A DNA stretch of 64,000 nt from an uncultured Clostridia bacterium (GTDB lineage: Bacteria; Bacillota; Clostridia; Christensenellales; UBA1242): the NCBI GenBank assembly GCA_944384375.1, contig CALWTE010000015.1, positions 2,237 through 66,236 of the forward strand, given 5' to 3'. Positions within the stretch are counted from its first letter, which is position 1. Each line of letters begins with the position of its first letter. Of the stretch, positions 8,241 through 18,064 are shown one piece after another. Below the pieces are notes generated by a model that saw nothing but the letters and a program-made list of their open reading frames with translations, was not told where the DNA came from and did no database searches. The translations under genes were made by a program, and so were the position numbers.

Positions 8241-8609
8241 GTGATAAATATGATTTTAGAAAATCCTTTAAGAAATAGAAATCTAAAAGATAAAAATGAT
8301 AACTTTGCGACAGATTTAGATGACAAAATTTACAAATATTTGGTAGACAACTTTTTCTATAACTTAGGCTTTAATTATATAGCGCAAGATAACCTAAATT
8401 ATTTAGTAGATTCTCTAAAGGCACACAGGGCGGCGTTCTATTCGGTAGGTTATTATGATTTAGTGGAGGAAATGAATTATTTTCTTGATATTTTAGTGGA
8501 ATATTTACCAAACATAGATTTGAAGAATAAATATCAGCATAAAGAGCAATTTTATAAAGAACCTAGCCTGAATTTTAAAGAAAAATTTTTAGCAGGAATA
8601 GAAAGTTAG
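8241..8609 (+). CDS. Hypothetical protein
   Basis: 122-aa ORF 9 bp upstream of radC; no motif recognised; start uncertain (GTG 8241 or ATG 8250). Confidence 0.6.
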   Translation: MINMILENPLRNRNLKDKNDNFATDLDDKIYKYLVDNFFYNLGFNYIAQDNLNYLVDSLKAHRAAFYSVGYYDLVEEMNYFLDILVEYLPNIDLKNKYQHKEQFYKEPSLNFKEKFLAGIES

Positions 8610-8618
8610 GGTGCTTTT

Positions 8619-9371
8619 ATGCGGAAAGATGCAAAAAATCATTTAGGGCATTTTGAACGTATCCGAAAGAAAATAATCACAGGGAATCCTTACGATTACG
8701 AAGAAATTGATGTAGTTGAAATGCTTTTACAAGGTGTTTTTGTAAGAGCAGATACTAATGAAATTGCAAGATTTTTGCTTGCAAAATATAGGACTTTTCA
8801 AAATCTTTACGAAAAGGCAACAGAGCAAGAATTGTTAAAAATTCCAGGTTTTGGGTTAACCAGTGCTAGAAAATTGCTGGCTTTATTAAAATTGTTTAAA
8901 TATGCTAGACTCGCTCCTAGTGCTGTTACTATATCTACAAACAAAGAAAATTTCAATGACTTAGTAAAACACGTTCGCAATCAATTTGAGTTTGTTGAAA
9001 AAGAATGTTTTGTGGTTTTGGTATTGAATAGGCAACACGAAGTTATTGAAACAAAACTTGTAGCAGTAGGTGATACAAATCACGTTGTGCCTGATTTAAA
9101 TGAGATAGTAGAACTGGCTCACACCTTTAAAAGTACAAACCTAATCTTTGCACATAATCATTTAAATTCTAGTTTTTATCCATCTACCGAAGACATAGAA
9201 TTCACGTCTCGGGCAATAGTACATTTGCGTAAGAATGGCATAGATTTATTAGACCATTTAATTATAACTAATGTTGGTTATTTTAGTTTTTCGGCATCAC
9301 ACTTAATGAACAGAATAATTGCTCGCCTTAAAAATCCCGCTCTGCGCAATATGAAATGGGACGGAAATTAA
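8619..9371 (+). CDS. radC: RadC / JAB-domain protein
   Basis: N-terminal HLGHFERIRKK, helix-hairpin-helix KIPGFG, intact JAB motif AHNHLNSSFYPSTED and LLDHLII. Confidence 0.9.
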   Translation: MRKDAKNHLGHFERIRKKIITGNPYDYEEIDVVEMLLQGVFVRADTNEIARFLLAKYRTFQNLYEKATEQELLKIPGFGLTSARKLLALLKLFKYARLAPSAVTISTNKENFNDLVKHVRNQFEFVEKECFVVLVLNRQHEVIETKLVAVGDTNHVVPDLNEIVELAHTFKSTNLIFAHNHLNSSFYPSTEDIEFTSRAIVHLRKNGIDLLDHLIITNVGYFSFSASHLMNRIIARLKNPALRNMKWDGN

Positions 9372-9663
9372 AAAACATATATTCTAAGACAAAACATATA
9401 TAAATTAAAAGATATACAAACTAAATTATTGGAAAAAGTCGTTTAAATTACTTTAATAAAAAAATAATAAAAAAATTCAATTTAAATAAATTAAAAAAAC
9501 AAAAAATATCTAACCTAAAACAAAAAAATGATACAAAATTTGTATCATTTTTCTTAATTAGCAAATTATTTAAATAGTTACTAGTTACAAAATTAACTGC
9601 TTAAATTTGCTTTTTGTTTTAAATTTATCTTTTTTATTGATTTTTTACATATTTTTTATAATT

Positions 9664-10359
9664 TTATTGCATTAATAAATTTAAATCGTCATTTTTCTGT
9701 AATACAGTTTTTTCTTCTTTTAATTCTTTACGTTGTGTGTCAATAGCAGAAATTCTAGCCTGCTTTTGTGCTTCTAAATTCTTTTGAACTATAAACCAAA
9801 GGCATTCATCAATATCAATACTACTTACTTCAATATTTGGCTGTGAATTTTGGGTTGAAGGTATGTGTAGGTATTTGTTAGATAATAAATTAAATTCAAT
9901 ATTTTTCACATTACCAGATTTGCGAATTTCTTGCGCTGTAACTGGTTTTTCTTTTAATTCGGGTTTGTTCGTAACTAAACTTTGTTTTCCTTGAGCTACA
10001 GGAATAACTTCGTCAGTATTTTTTAGTATAATTGAAACTACATAAGTGGTAGTTAAGAGAGTTGTTGGTTCTGGATTGCTAGAGTATTTGTCATTAAATT
10101 CTGTTTTATCAGTCTTAATTTCATTTATAATCAAACCTGTTGCGGGTTGATTCCCTTGTTCGCTATTTGCTTCTAAGTATTCATTAAAATAGTTCATAAA
10201 ATCTTTTAGTTCAATATTAAAAAGATTTCTATAATTATTTTGCAAGTTTATAACTTTCAAACATTCACTTGCTTTTTCTGTATCAATAGGTTGTCCTTTT
10301 GTTGATTGCAAATAAGCCACAGCTTCTGTATTTCTCTTTTTAAATTCTTTTAAGTTCAT
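9664..10359 (-). CDS. Hypothetical protein (ORFan-like)
   Basis: 231-aa ORF with RBS GGAG; K/N/E/Q-rich; no motif recognised. Confidence 0.65.
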   Translation of the reverse strand: MNLKEFKKRNTEAVAYLQSTKGQPIDTEKASECLKVINLQNNYRNLFNIELKDFMNYFNEYLEANSEQGNQPATGLIINEIKTDKTEFNDKYSSNPEPTTLLTTTYVVSIILKNTDEVIPVAQGKQSLVTNKPELKEKPVTAQEIRKSGNVKNIEFNLLSNKYLHIPSTQNSQPNIEVSSIDIDECLWFIVQKNLEAQKQARISAIDTQRKELKEEKTVLQKNDDLNLLMQ

Positions 10360-10519
10360 AAGTCCATCTCCTTGATTTAGTTACGCATATTCTAGCACAC
10401 AAGTAGTGTTTTGGCAAGGCTTTTAAAGCAAAAAATATTGTTTAAATTTGTAATGCGGAAAAATAAAAAAAGTAGGGGAGGGTGCAGATAATTTCAGTAA
10501 TATCCACAATCCTACTTTT

Positions 10520-11983
10520 TTAGTTTAATCTCTCTAATGCCTTAATTAAACGGTTTAGAGTTTCTTCTTTGCCTAAAATTTGCATAATTTCGGTAGCACC
10601 ACCGACGGTAACCGTGTTACCCGAAAGGGCAATTCGCACTACCCACATTACAGACATAGGTTTTAAGTCGTTTTCAGTCGCAACATGCTCTAAAACGGCA
10701 AATAGCGAGTCGTTGTCCCAGTCGTTTACGTCAAAGTTATCTAACTTTGCGATTGCTTGCGTAAGTATGATTTTAGAGTTTTCGGCATTAGTTTTCTTTT
10801 TGTCGTTGAATAGTAAATTAATATCAAAATCAGGCAAACTTTGGAAAAATTCCACCTTGTCCTGAATCTCGCTAAAAATTTGAATACGTGGCTTTAAAAT
10901 TTCACAAAGTTTGTCTAAGTCGTTTAGTTCTACCGTGATTACGTCGTTTAAATAAGGTAGGGCATTTTCTTTAAATTCTTCAATAGATAAATTTTCAATA
11001 TATTTTGCGTTCATCCACTTTAATTTATCATAATCAAATATAGCAGACGACTTGCGAATATCGCTAGGGTCAAAGGCTTTTATCAATTCGTCAAGAGTGA
11101 AAAATTCTTGCTCGCTCTCGCCTGGATGCCAGCCGAGTAGGGCAACATAGTTGATTATTGCTTGCGGTAGGTAGCCTTGCTTTGTTAAATCGGCAAAAGA
11201 TACCGCGCCGTGCCTTTTGGAAAGTTTGCTAACAGACCCGTCTTCGCCCTTGCCCATAATCAAAGGCAAATGGTAGTATTGTGGCAATTCCCAGCCGAGC
11301 GCTTCGTGAAGTTGTACATATTGTGGCGTGCTAGTGATATATTCATTGCCACGCACAACGTGAGTTACCCCCATTAAGTGGTCATCAATTACGTGTGCAA
11401 AGTTATATGTAGGCATTCCGTCTGATTTAATTAAAACTATGTCTTGCAAAGTGTCGTTGTTTACCGTGATTTCGCCAAAAACGTTGTCATAGTAGGTGGT
11501 CGTGCCTTCTAGTTTCACTTTTTGCCTAATTACATAAGGCAAACCTTGTTTTAACTTTTCGTCCACTTCGGCTTTGCTTAGGTTTCTGCAATGCCTGTTG
11601 TAACCGATAAACTCTTGCTCTGCGTGTGCTTTTTCCAAATCTTCTTTGGTACAAAAGCAGTAGTACGCCTTGCCTTCGTCTAGTAGTTGTTTGGCATATT
11701 TTTGGTAAATTTCTAACCTTTGGCTCTGTACATAAGGTGCGTTTGGCCCGCCGATGTCAGGACCTTCGTCATAGTTTAACCCCGCTGTCTTCAAGGTATC
11801 AAAGATAACTTGTTCCGCCCCCGCAACTTGTCGCTCTCTGTCTGTGTCTTCTATACGCAAAATAAACTTACCGTCAAAGTGACGTGCAATTAAATAAGAA
11901 TAAAGCGCTGTCCTAAGGTTGCCTATGTGCATAAATCCAGTAGGGCTAGGTGCGAAACGCGTAACAACTTGTTTTTTGTCCAT
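10520..11983 (-). CDS. gltX: Glutamate--tRNA ligase
   Basis: RFAPSPTGFMHIGNLRT, LRIEDTD, YYCFC, KLSKRHG. Confidence 0.98.
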   Translation of the reverse strand: MDKKQVVTRFAPSPTGFMHIGNLRTALYSYLIARHFDGKFILRIEDTDRERQVAGAEQVIFDTLKTAGLNYDEGPDIGGPNAPYVQSQRLEIYQKYAKQLLDEGKAYYCFCTKEDLEKAHAEQEFIGYNRHCRNLSKAEVDEKLKQGLPYVIRQKVKLEGTTTYYDNVFGEITVNNDTLQDIVLIKSDGMPTYNFAHVIDDHLMGVTHVVRGNEYITSTPQYVQLHEALGWELPQYYHLPLIMGKGEDGSVSKLSKRHGAVSFADLTKQGYLPQAIINYVALLGWHPGESEQEFFTLDELIKAFDPSDIRKSSAIFDYDKLKWMNAKYIENLSIEEFKENALPYLNDVITVELNDLDKLCEILKPRIQIFSEIQDKVEFFQSLPDFDINLLFNDKKKTNAENSKIILTQAIAKLDNFDVNDWDNDSLFAVLEHVATENDLKPMSVMWVVRIALSGNTVTVGGATEIMQILGKEETLNRLIKALERLN

Positions 11984-12085
11984 TTTATTTGCTCCTTGAA
12001 ATAAATTAGTGAAAGTATAGCATTTTTTTTATATTAAAGCAAGAGAAAAATAAAACACATTTTTAAAAATGCGTTCTACATTTTG

Positions 12086-13369
12086 TTATTTAGAGTTATT
12101 TTTTGTATTTAGTTCGTTTACTTGCTCTAAATTATCTTTGCTAGTGGTTGCTATAATTGTTGTAGGGGTGGAGATTTCGGTTTTTGGTGAGTTAGCAGAT
12201 TGAGTTTTTAGCGAACTAGCACTTTCCGTTGCGTTTTTGATTTTTTCTGTGTTTTCTTTTTCAAAATCCTTACTATCAATAATATTAGTTTTTGTTGAGT
12301 CCAGTTTTTCTAAATCTGTGTTGCTAGCAATATTTTCCTTTGTTATGTCGTTCTTTGCTAAATCGCTGTCATTAGCCTGCGTATCTTGATTTTTGTTTTC
12401 TGTTTCTTTGTCTAAAAAGTCGTCTTTTTCAATGTCGGGGGCGGGAGTCGCAGTCGTGTCTACTATAATAGGGGAATTACTGTTTGGATTTAGTGATTTT
12501 ATAATTTTTTGGTTTTTCTTGTTATTGAAGTAGAAAATTAAGAATAAAATCACACCAAATACCACGGCTACACCTATTGCTAAGAAGTACCATGCACGTT
12601 GATTTGCTGCGGTAAGTGCGTTATAGTAAATGTAAATTTCGGGGGTAGGGTCGGCTAGGGTACATTGCCACAAAAACGCGGTATATAGTGCATTATCTCC
12701 GCCGTTTACACTTTCACTTAAAATTGTGCTAGTTGTAGCATCTGCGTTGCTTTTTAGTCCTAGTTTACTAGGAAAGCAACGTATAATATTAAAATCAATT
12801 TGTGAAAACAATGCTTCACATTTAGTCACGTCGCCATCAAAAAATTGATTTGCAAAAGTTTGTACTATTTGAGCAAAGTCCACAGATAAACCTAATTGTT
12901 GCAACAAATCTTGCTGGTTTTCTAATTTGCTGTCAAGCACTACAACTTGCGATACAAAAGCCCCTTCGCGCACTTCAACTTCTTGATTCTCTAAATCTTC
13001 TTGAGTTATGCCGTAATAGTCATAATATGCCTGCTGGCTATCAAAATTCCAACTAATTTCATATAAGTACGGGTTGTTATCTGCTACACCTACATCAAAG
13101 GTAACATGTTCGTTTAATTTCTCTATACCATTAATTCTTTCTTGAATTTGTGCTTGCAGGCTTAATGCCATAGAATCAATCAAACTAATTACTTCGTCAG
13201 CATCTACTCCATACGTATTGCAGACTTCTTCATCAACTTGAATTTGGTAATAATATGACCGCGAACCGTCTAGGTAAACGGTAGATAACTGAGTCGTGGC
13301 AGAACACCCTGCAAACATTAAACTCACACACGCGACTAGCATAAAGGATAATAAAAATTTACTTTTCAA
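12086..13369 (-). CDS. Lipoprotein with a C-terminal TM helix and a low-complexity cytoplasmic tail
   Basis: TTG start after GGAG; lipobox FAGC; TM WYFLAIGVAVVFGVILFLIFYF; ~140-aa K/N/D/T/S-rich tail. Confidence 0.7.
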   Translation of the reverse strand: MKSKFLLSFMLVACVSLMFAGCSATTQLSTVYLDGSRSYYYQIQVDEEVCNTYGVDADEVISLIDSMALSLQAQIQERINGIEKLNEHVTFDVGVADNNPYLYEISWNFDSQQAYYDYYGITQEDLENQEVEVREGAFVSQVVVLDSKLENQQDLLQQLGLSVDFAQIVQTFANQFFDGDVTKCEALFSQIDFNIIRCFPSKLGLKSNADATTSTILSESVNGGDNALYTAFLWQCTLADPTPEIYIYYNALTAANQRAWYFLAIGVAVVFGVILFLIFYFNNKKNQKIIKSLNPNSNSPIIVDTTATPAPDIEKDDFLDKETENKNQDTQANDSDLAKNDITKENIASNTDLEKLDSTKTNIIDSKDFEKENTEKIKNATESASSLKTQSANSPKTEISTPTTIIATTSKDNLEQVNELNTKNNSK

Positions 13370-13621
13370 TTATAACTCCGTAAAAATAGTATATAGTTAA
13401 ATTTTATCAGCAAAAAGACAAAATTGCAACTTTATTAAACTTATATTTATTTATAATATTCAATTTTTATTTTGTTTTATACATTTTGACAATAAAATTT
13501 GTAAAATGTCGTTATATTTATTTGACTTTTATCCACAATTTATAATAAAATTAATCTAAACATTGAATAATATCGCTGGAATTTTCAAAAACTATTCTAA
13601 ATTTAAACCTAGGGGGTATGT

Positions 13622-14542
13622 ATGAGTAGCTTCATGAATAAAAAAGTTGCTTTGATTATGAGCGTAGTTGTTACATTGTGTCTAGTGGTGGCGCTTTGCG
13701 TTGTTTTCCTTTATAATCCCACAAACCCAGCTACGACTTTGGAACAGGTAAGTAATGACAATACTGTACAATCTAGTACGGGTGTGGCTAGCGGTGATGT
13801 TTTGACCGTTGACGTAACTGGTGGTAGTTATGATACTAGTACAGATGGTACAAATACGACTTATACCGCTACACCTAGTAGTGGTTACCGTTTTGCTTAC
13901 TGGCAAGATGGTAGTGGTATAAAATTTTCCGCTGATTTAAGTGTTACCACGACTAGGGCTAATTGTGTTCCTGTATTTATTCAAGAAAGCGCTGTGGTAG
14001 AAGTTTCTACACAGGCAGAATTATTAAACGCATTTACGACTAATAATAGCGCAAGTGCTATGATAGTCCTTAAAAATGACATTAAAGTAGATAGTTCATT
14101 TACAATGGTTGCCTCATTTGCAGGCACATTAGATGGTGCTGGTTATGGCCTTGATGGCTTAACAAGGTCTGGTTCTGATAATGTAGGTGGTATTTGTGGT
14201 ACTCTTACTGGCGTAATTAAGAACTTAGAAATTCGCGGTACTGTTAGCGGTACTGGTAATGTTGGTGCATTTGCTGGCACTTTGAATGGTGGTTTGCTAT
14301 CTAGATGTTCTAACTTCGCAACAGTAAACGCAGGTAATAGTGGTACTGCTGGCGGTATGGTAGCGACAGCAACTGGTAACACACGTTCTTGCTCAATTTA
14401 CTACTGTGCAAACTACGGTTCTATAATAGGTAACAACGTAGGTGCAGTTATTTTCACAAACGGCACAAGCGACAGTCCTATTTGTAACCTAATTCAAAAT
14501 ACAAACGAAGGCGCATTGCAGACAACAAACGCCACCGCTTAA
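13622..14542 (+). CDS. Membrane-anchored surface protein with an InlB B-repeat-like segment and GLUG-like repeats
   Basis: N-terminal TM; ATPSSGYRFAYW; FAGTLDGAGY; repeated NVGGICG / NVGAFAG / TAGGMVA units. Confidence 0.7.
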   Translation: MSSFMNKKVALIMSVVVTLCLVVALCVVFLYNPTNPATTLEQVSNDNTVQSSTGVASGDVLTVDVTGGSYDTSTDGTNTTYTATPSSGYRFAYWQDGSGIKFSADLSVTTTRANCVPVFIQESAVVEVSTQAELLNAFTTNNSASAMIVLKNDIKVDSSFTMVASFAGTLDGAGYGLDGLTRSGSDNVGGICGTLTGVIKNLEIRGTVSGTGNVGAFAGTLNGGLLSRCSNFATVNAGNSGTAGGMVATATGNTRSCSIYYCANYGSIIGNNVGAVIFTNGTSDSPICNLIQNTNEGALQTTNATA

Positions 14543-14742
14543 ATAATTAATTAGATTATTAATAAAATGCTAATTAGATAACAATTAAATAAATCCAAAC
14601 AAAAAGTCCATTTTAATCTATCGGTTAATTTGTGGCTTTTTATTTTTACATTTATAGAGTTTATTCGGCAAAAATATGGGGCTTAAATCATTGCTTTTTG
14701 CTTGAAAATTTTGTACAATGTAATTCATAAGGGGCGAGAAGT

Positions 14743-15111
14743 ATGAAGTTTTGGGATTTTATTACTACGACGCTAGGGTTGAGTGAAGTTAGTGAGCCAG
14801 TAAAGAAACGTTCTCCGCAAATTACACCTAATCTTGAAATGCACGGCTCAAAAATTTCTATTCAAACTCCTGTTGATTTTAATGATATTACAAGGTTTGT
14901 ACGCAGTCTAAATAAAAATATTCCATTGATTGTAAATTTCAGTTCTTTAAAGCCAAACGAAGCCGAGCGTAGCCTAGATTTTGTATGCGGTGCCGTGTGC
15001 GCTCTAAACGGCAAGTTAGAGAGAATAGGCGATGGGATTTACTTTTACGCGCCAGCAGGCGTTAGTGTGGAGACGGACAAAAAATACAAAGGGAAAAGAT
15101 ATGGAAATTAA
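14743..15111 (+). CDS. sepF: Cell division protein SepF
   Basis: P-x-x-F-N-D, LIVNF, RSLDFVCGAVCALNGKLERIG...AP motif. Confidence 0.88.
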   Translation: MKFWDFITTTLGLSEVSEPVKKRSPQITPNLEMHGSKISIQTPVDFNDITRFVRSLNKNIPLIVNFSSLKPNEAERSLDFVCGAVCALNGKLERIGDGIYFYAPAGVSVETDKKYKGKRYGN

Positions 15112-16054
15112 ATTTTGGTATATTTTAAGTGCGGGTGTAATTGCTCTAGATTTGATATTAAAAGTAGTTATGGAAGGTGTAAACATTACTGTTATTCCTA
15201 ATGTTTTGTCTTTTATCTCTGTACATAATTACGGCGCAAGTTTCGGTGTGCTAGACGGAGCAAGATGGTTCTTTATAGTCTTAGCGATTTTGTTTGTAAT
15301 AGGAATGGTTTTATTTGATTTTCTATACAAAAAAGATTTCCGCGCAAACGGTTGGTATCGTGTGGGATTTGCTTTGATTTTGGGCGGAATTGTCGGTAAT
15401 TTGGTAGATAGAATTGCCTTTGGCTATGTACGTGATTTTATTTCCCTAGATTTCATTGATTTTCCAGTGTTTAATATCGCCGATATGGCGCTAACTTTTG
15501 GTTGTGTTTGTTTAGTCGTGTTTATACTTTTCTTTGCTTTCCGTAGCGAAAAACCACAAGAAAAAACGGTAACTTTTACCAGCAACAATTCAACTAAAAA
15601 AGAACTAGCATCTCAAGACTTAGATACAACACAAGAAATTCAAGACACAGAAGATTTTGCAACACAAGATGCAAAGGAGCTTGCATTACAAGACGTAGAA
15701 AACAAAACGCAAAAAGAAAAGGAATTTTCGCAACAAGAAACAAAAGCCGAGAAAGATTCCGCACCACAAAACGAAAAAGAAAGTTTACAACAAAATTTAA
15801 ACAAAAATTCTCCGCAAGATACACAGACTGAAATTATAGAAGAAAAGACCGAAACAGAAAGAGAACAAACCGAAACAGCACAAGAACAATCAAAAGTGGA
15901 AAACAACCTAGCAGAAATCAAAAACGAGCCAACCGAAACAACCACAAATAACGCTAAAAATTTAGAAAACATTACACAAGAAAACATCACAAAACAAGAA
16001 ACAAAAGCCGAAAAAGAAGCAATAAGTACAGGAAAAGACAATTCACTAAAATAA
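15101..16054 (+). CDS. lspA: Lipoprotein signal peptidase II with a long acidic C-terminal tail
   Basis: VHNYGASFG, GGIVGNLVDRI, VRDFI, FPVFNIAD; likely start ATG 15101 rather than 15032. Confidence 0.95.
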   Translation: MEIKFWYILSAGVIALDLILKVVMEGVNITVIPNVLSFISVHNYGASFGVLDGARWFFIVLAILFVIGMVLFDFLYKKDFRANGWYRVGFALILGGIVGNLVDRIAFGYVRDFISLDFIDFPVFNIADMALTFGCVCLVVFILFFAFRSEKPQEKTVTFTSNNSTKKELASQDLDTTQEIQDTEDFATQDAKELALQDVENKTQKEKEFSQQETKAEKDSAPQNEKESLQQNLNKNSPQDTQTEIIEEKTETEREQTETAQEQSKVENNLAEIKNEPTETTTNNAKNLENITQENITKQETKAEKEAISTGKDNSLK

Positions 16055-16097
16055 GAAAAAAATAAGCAAAAAATACGAAAAAAATAAAAGGTTTTTT

Positions 16098-17021
16098 ATG
16101 GACAAAAAGGAAATTACCGCGAGCGACAAGGGAATAAGACTTGATGTATATTTAACCGAAAATTACCCAGAATTTAGCCGTAGCGGAATTAAAAATTTAA
16201 TTACAAAGGGGCTAGTTACCGTTAATGAAAAAACGCAAAAAGCAGGGTATTCATTGAAACTGGGCGACATAGTGGCAATAACAATCCCTGAGCCTGTGAC
16301 GGTTGATTTAACACCGCAAAACATTCCACTAGACATTGTGTATCAAGACGATGATTTGGCAGTAATTAACAAACCGCAAGGGCTAACCGTTCACCCTAGC
16401 GCGGGGCATACTGACGGGACTTTGGTAAATGCGTTGCTTTATCATATTAAAGATTTATCGGGCATTAATGGGGAATTAAGACCAGGCATCGTGCATAGAT
16501 TAGACAAAGACACTTCAGGGCTAATGCTTGTGGCGAAAAACGATTTTGCGCACCGTGATTTAGCAAAGCAAATTGCAGAAAAAACTTGTATAAGACGATA
16601 TATAGCCTTATTAGAAGGACATTTAAAACCTGAGCAAGGCACAATTACCACGCATATAGCACGTTCGGAAAAAGATAGGAAGAAAATGGCTGTTTCAAAT
16701 GACGAAAATGACAGAATCGCCATTACTGAATATAGGGTTATTGAATATTTGGACGATTATACTTTGGCAAATTTCACTTTAAAAACGGGCAGGACGCATC
16801 AAATTAGAGTGCACGCTAGTTTCTTAAAACACCCCGTTGTAGGGGACGAAGTATACGGCTATAAAAAACAAAAATTCAATACTCACGGGCAACTTTTACA
16901 CTCTGAGTATTTGGAGTTTACGCACCCCAGGACGGGGGAAAGATTGCACTTTTCCGTGCCTTTGCCTGATTACTTTGCCGAAATTGTGGAAAAATTAAGG
17001 CGTAAGGCAAACACTCAATAA
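16098..17021 (+). CDS. rluD: RluA/RluD-family 23S rRNA pseudouridine synthase
   Basis: S4-like N-terminus, INKPQG, GIVHRLDKDTSGL, LKTGRTHQIRVH. Confidence 0.9.
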   Translation: MDKKEITASDKGIRLDVYLTENYPEFSRSGIKNLITKGLVTVNEKTQKAGYSLKLGDIVAITIPEPVTVDLTPQNIPLDIVYQDDDLAVINKPQGLTVHPSAGHTDGTLVNALLYHIKDLSGINGELRPGIVHRLDKDTSGLMLVAKNDFAHRDLAKQIAEKTCIRRYIALLEGHLKPEQGTITTHIARSEKDRKKMAVSNDENDRIAITEYRVIEYLDDYTLANFTLKTGRTHQIRVHASFLKHPVVGDEVYGYKKQKFNTHGQLLHSEYLEFTHPRTGERLHFSVPLPDYFAEIVEKLRRKANTQ

Positions 17022-17107
17022 GGATTACTTGACAATAAAGCGTAATATTTAATATAATAATTATTATAAAAAGCAATATAGTAATTGAAATAAGAAGGGG
17101 ATTAATT

Positions 17108-17419
17108 ATGGCAAATTTAGAATTCAAACGTGCCTTAAATTTTATGGGCTTTGTGGCGACAATGTTAATTGCTGCGGCGTTGATTGTGTCTGTCGTGGTT
17201 TCTTTAATTAACGGCGATGGGGCATACAATATACCAAACTTCCAAATAAATAATGTTGAATCAGCATTTTCATTCTTTGCTAACATTTTGGCTTACTTTA
17301 TCACGATAGTTGCAGGTTTTTACTATGTGAAGTCAAAACGCAATGTTTGGTTTATGGTTGCGCAAATTGTGGGTACTTTGATTATTCTCACGGCAGTAAT
17401 TTTGGGCGCAGTATTGTAA
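17108..17419 (+). CDS. Hypothetical membrane protein (3 TM)
   Basis: RBS AAGGGG, upstream TTGACA-18-TATAAT, hydrophobic helices. Confidence 0.75.
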   Translation: MANLEFKRALNFMGFVATMLIAAALIVSVVVSLINGDGAYNIPNFQINNVESAFSFFANILAYFITIVAGFYYVKSKRNVWFMVAQIVGTLIILTAVILGAVL

Positions 17420-17434
17420 ATTTAGGGTTTACTT

Positions 17435-17818
17435 ATGAAAATTCGTATTGATATAATTGTTTTTTGGGTGTGCGCAGGCCTAATGGTCTTGTTTGGTGCG
17501 CTGATTCCCGTTTGGGAGCCCTTTGCTATTTTTATGGGGCTGTTTTTAACACTTGCCGCAGGTATTTACACAGGTTGGCAGTATATAAAGTATAAGAGAA
17601 TAGATAATAACCTAGAAGAAATGCGCTATCAAGATGCCTATATCTATGCAGACGAGAACAACACTTCATTTAATCCAGACGAATTCCGTTATTCAAAAAA
17701 GGAAGAGCGCCAGATAAATAGTGTTAGACGAAACGCACAGATTTCACTGATAGTGGGCATAGGTATGGTACTAATAGGTCTATTTGTATTCATTTACGCC
17801 TGCTGTACAGCGGTTTAA
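17435..17818 (+). CDS. Hypothetical membrane protein (3 TM)
   Basis: 127-aa ORF directly downstream, hydrophobic N- and C-terminal helices. Confidence 0.7.
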   Translation: MKIRIDIIVFWVCAGLMVLFGALIPVWEPFAIFMGLFLTLAAGIYTGWQYIKYKRIDNNLEEMRYQDAYIYADENNTSFNPDEFRYSKKEERQINSVRRNAQISLIVGIGMVLIGLFVFIYACCTAV

Positions 17819-18009
17819 ATAAAAACGTTTATAGAAAAGGATAAAGATTTAATTTGACAGAATTAAAATAGAAAAATAAATAAGTGATATATTTTATTCC
17901 ACCAAACTAAATGACAATGCTTATTGAAGAATTTTAATTTATTACTAGTCCAGTTAGACAAAAAATTTTAAAATATTTGATTTTTAGAGAAACAAAAAAG
18001 GTACAAGGC

Positions 18010-18038
18010 TTGTCTTTTGCCTTTTTTTGTGTTATAAT
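18010..18038 (+). promoter_or_regulatory. Sigma-A promoter of tig
   Basis: TTGTCT-17 nt-TATAAT with extended -10 (TGnTATAAT). Confidence 0.7.
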
Positions 18039-18064
18039 ATAAGACATTATTTCGGAGGATACTT

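Noticed and set aside
13529-13537. DnaA box TTATCCACA (another at about 63336-63344) as a replication origin
   Set aside because: Isolated single boxes, no cluster and no dnaA/dnaN/gidA context
15032-15100. N-terminal extension of LspA from the ORF-track start
   Set aside because: It overlaps sepF out of frame; ATG 15101 gives a normal LspA N-terminus
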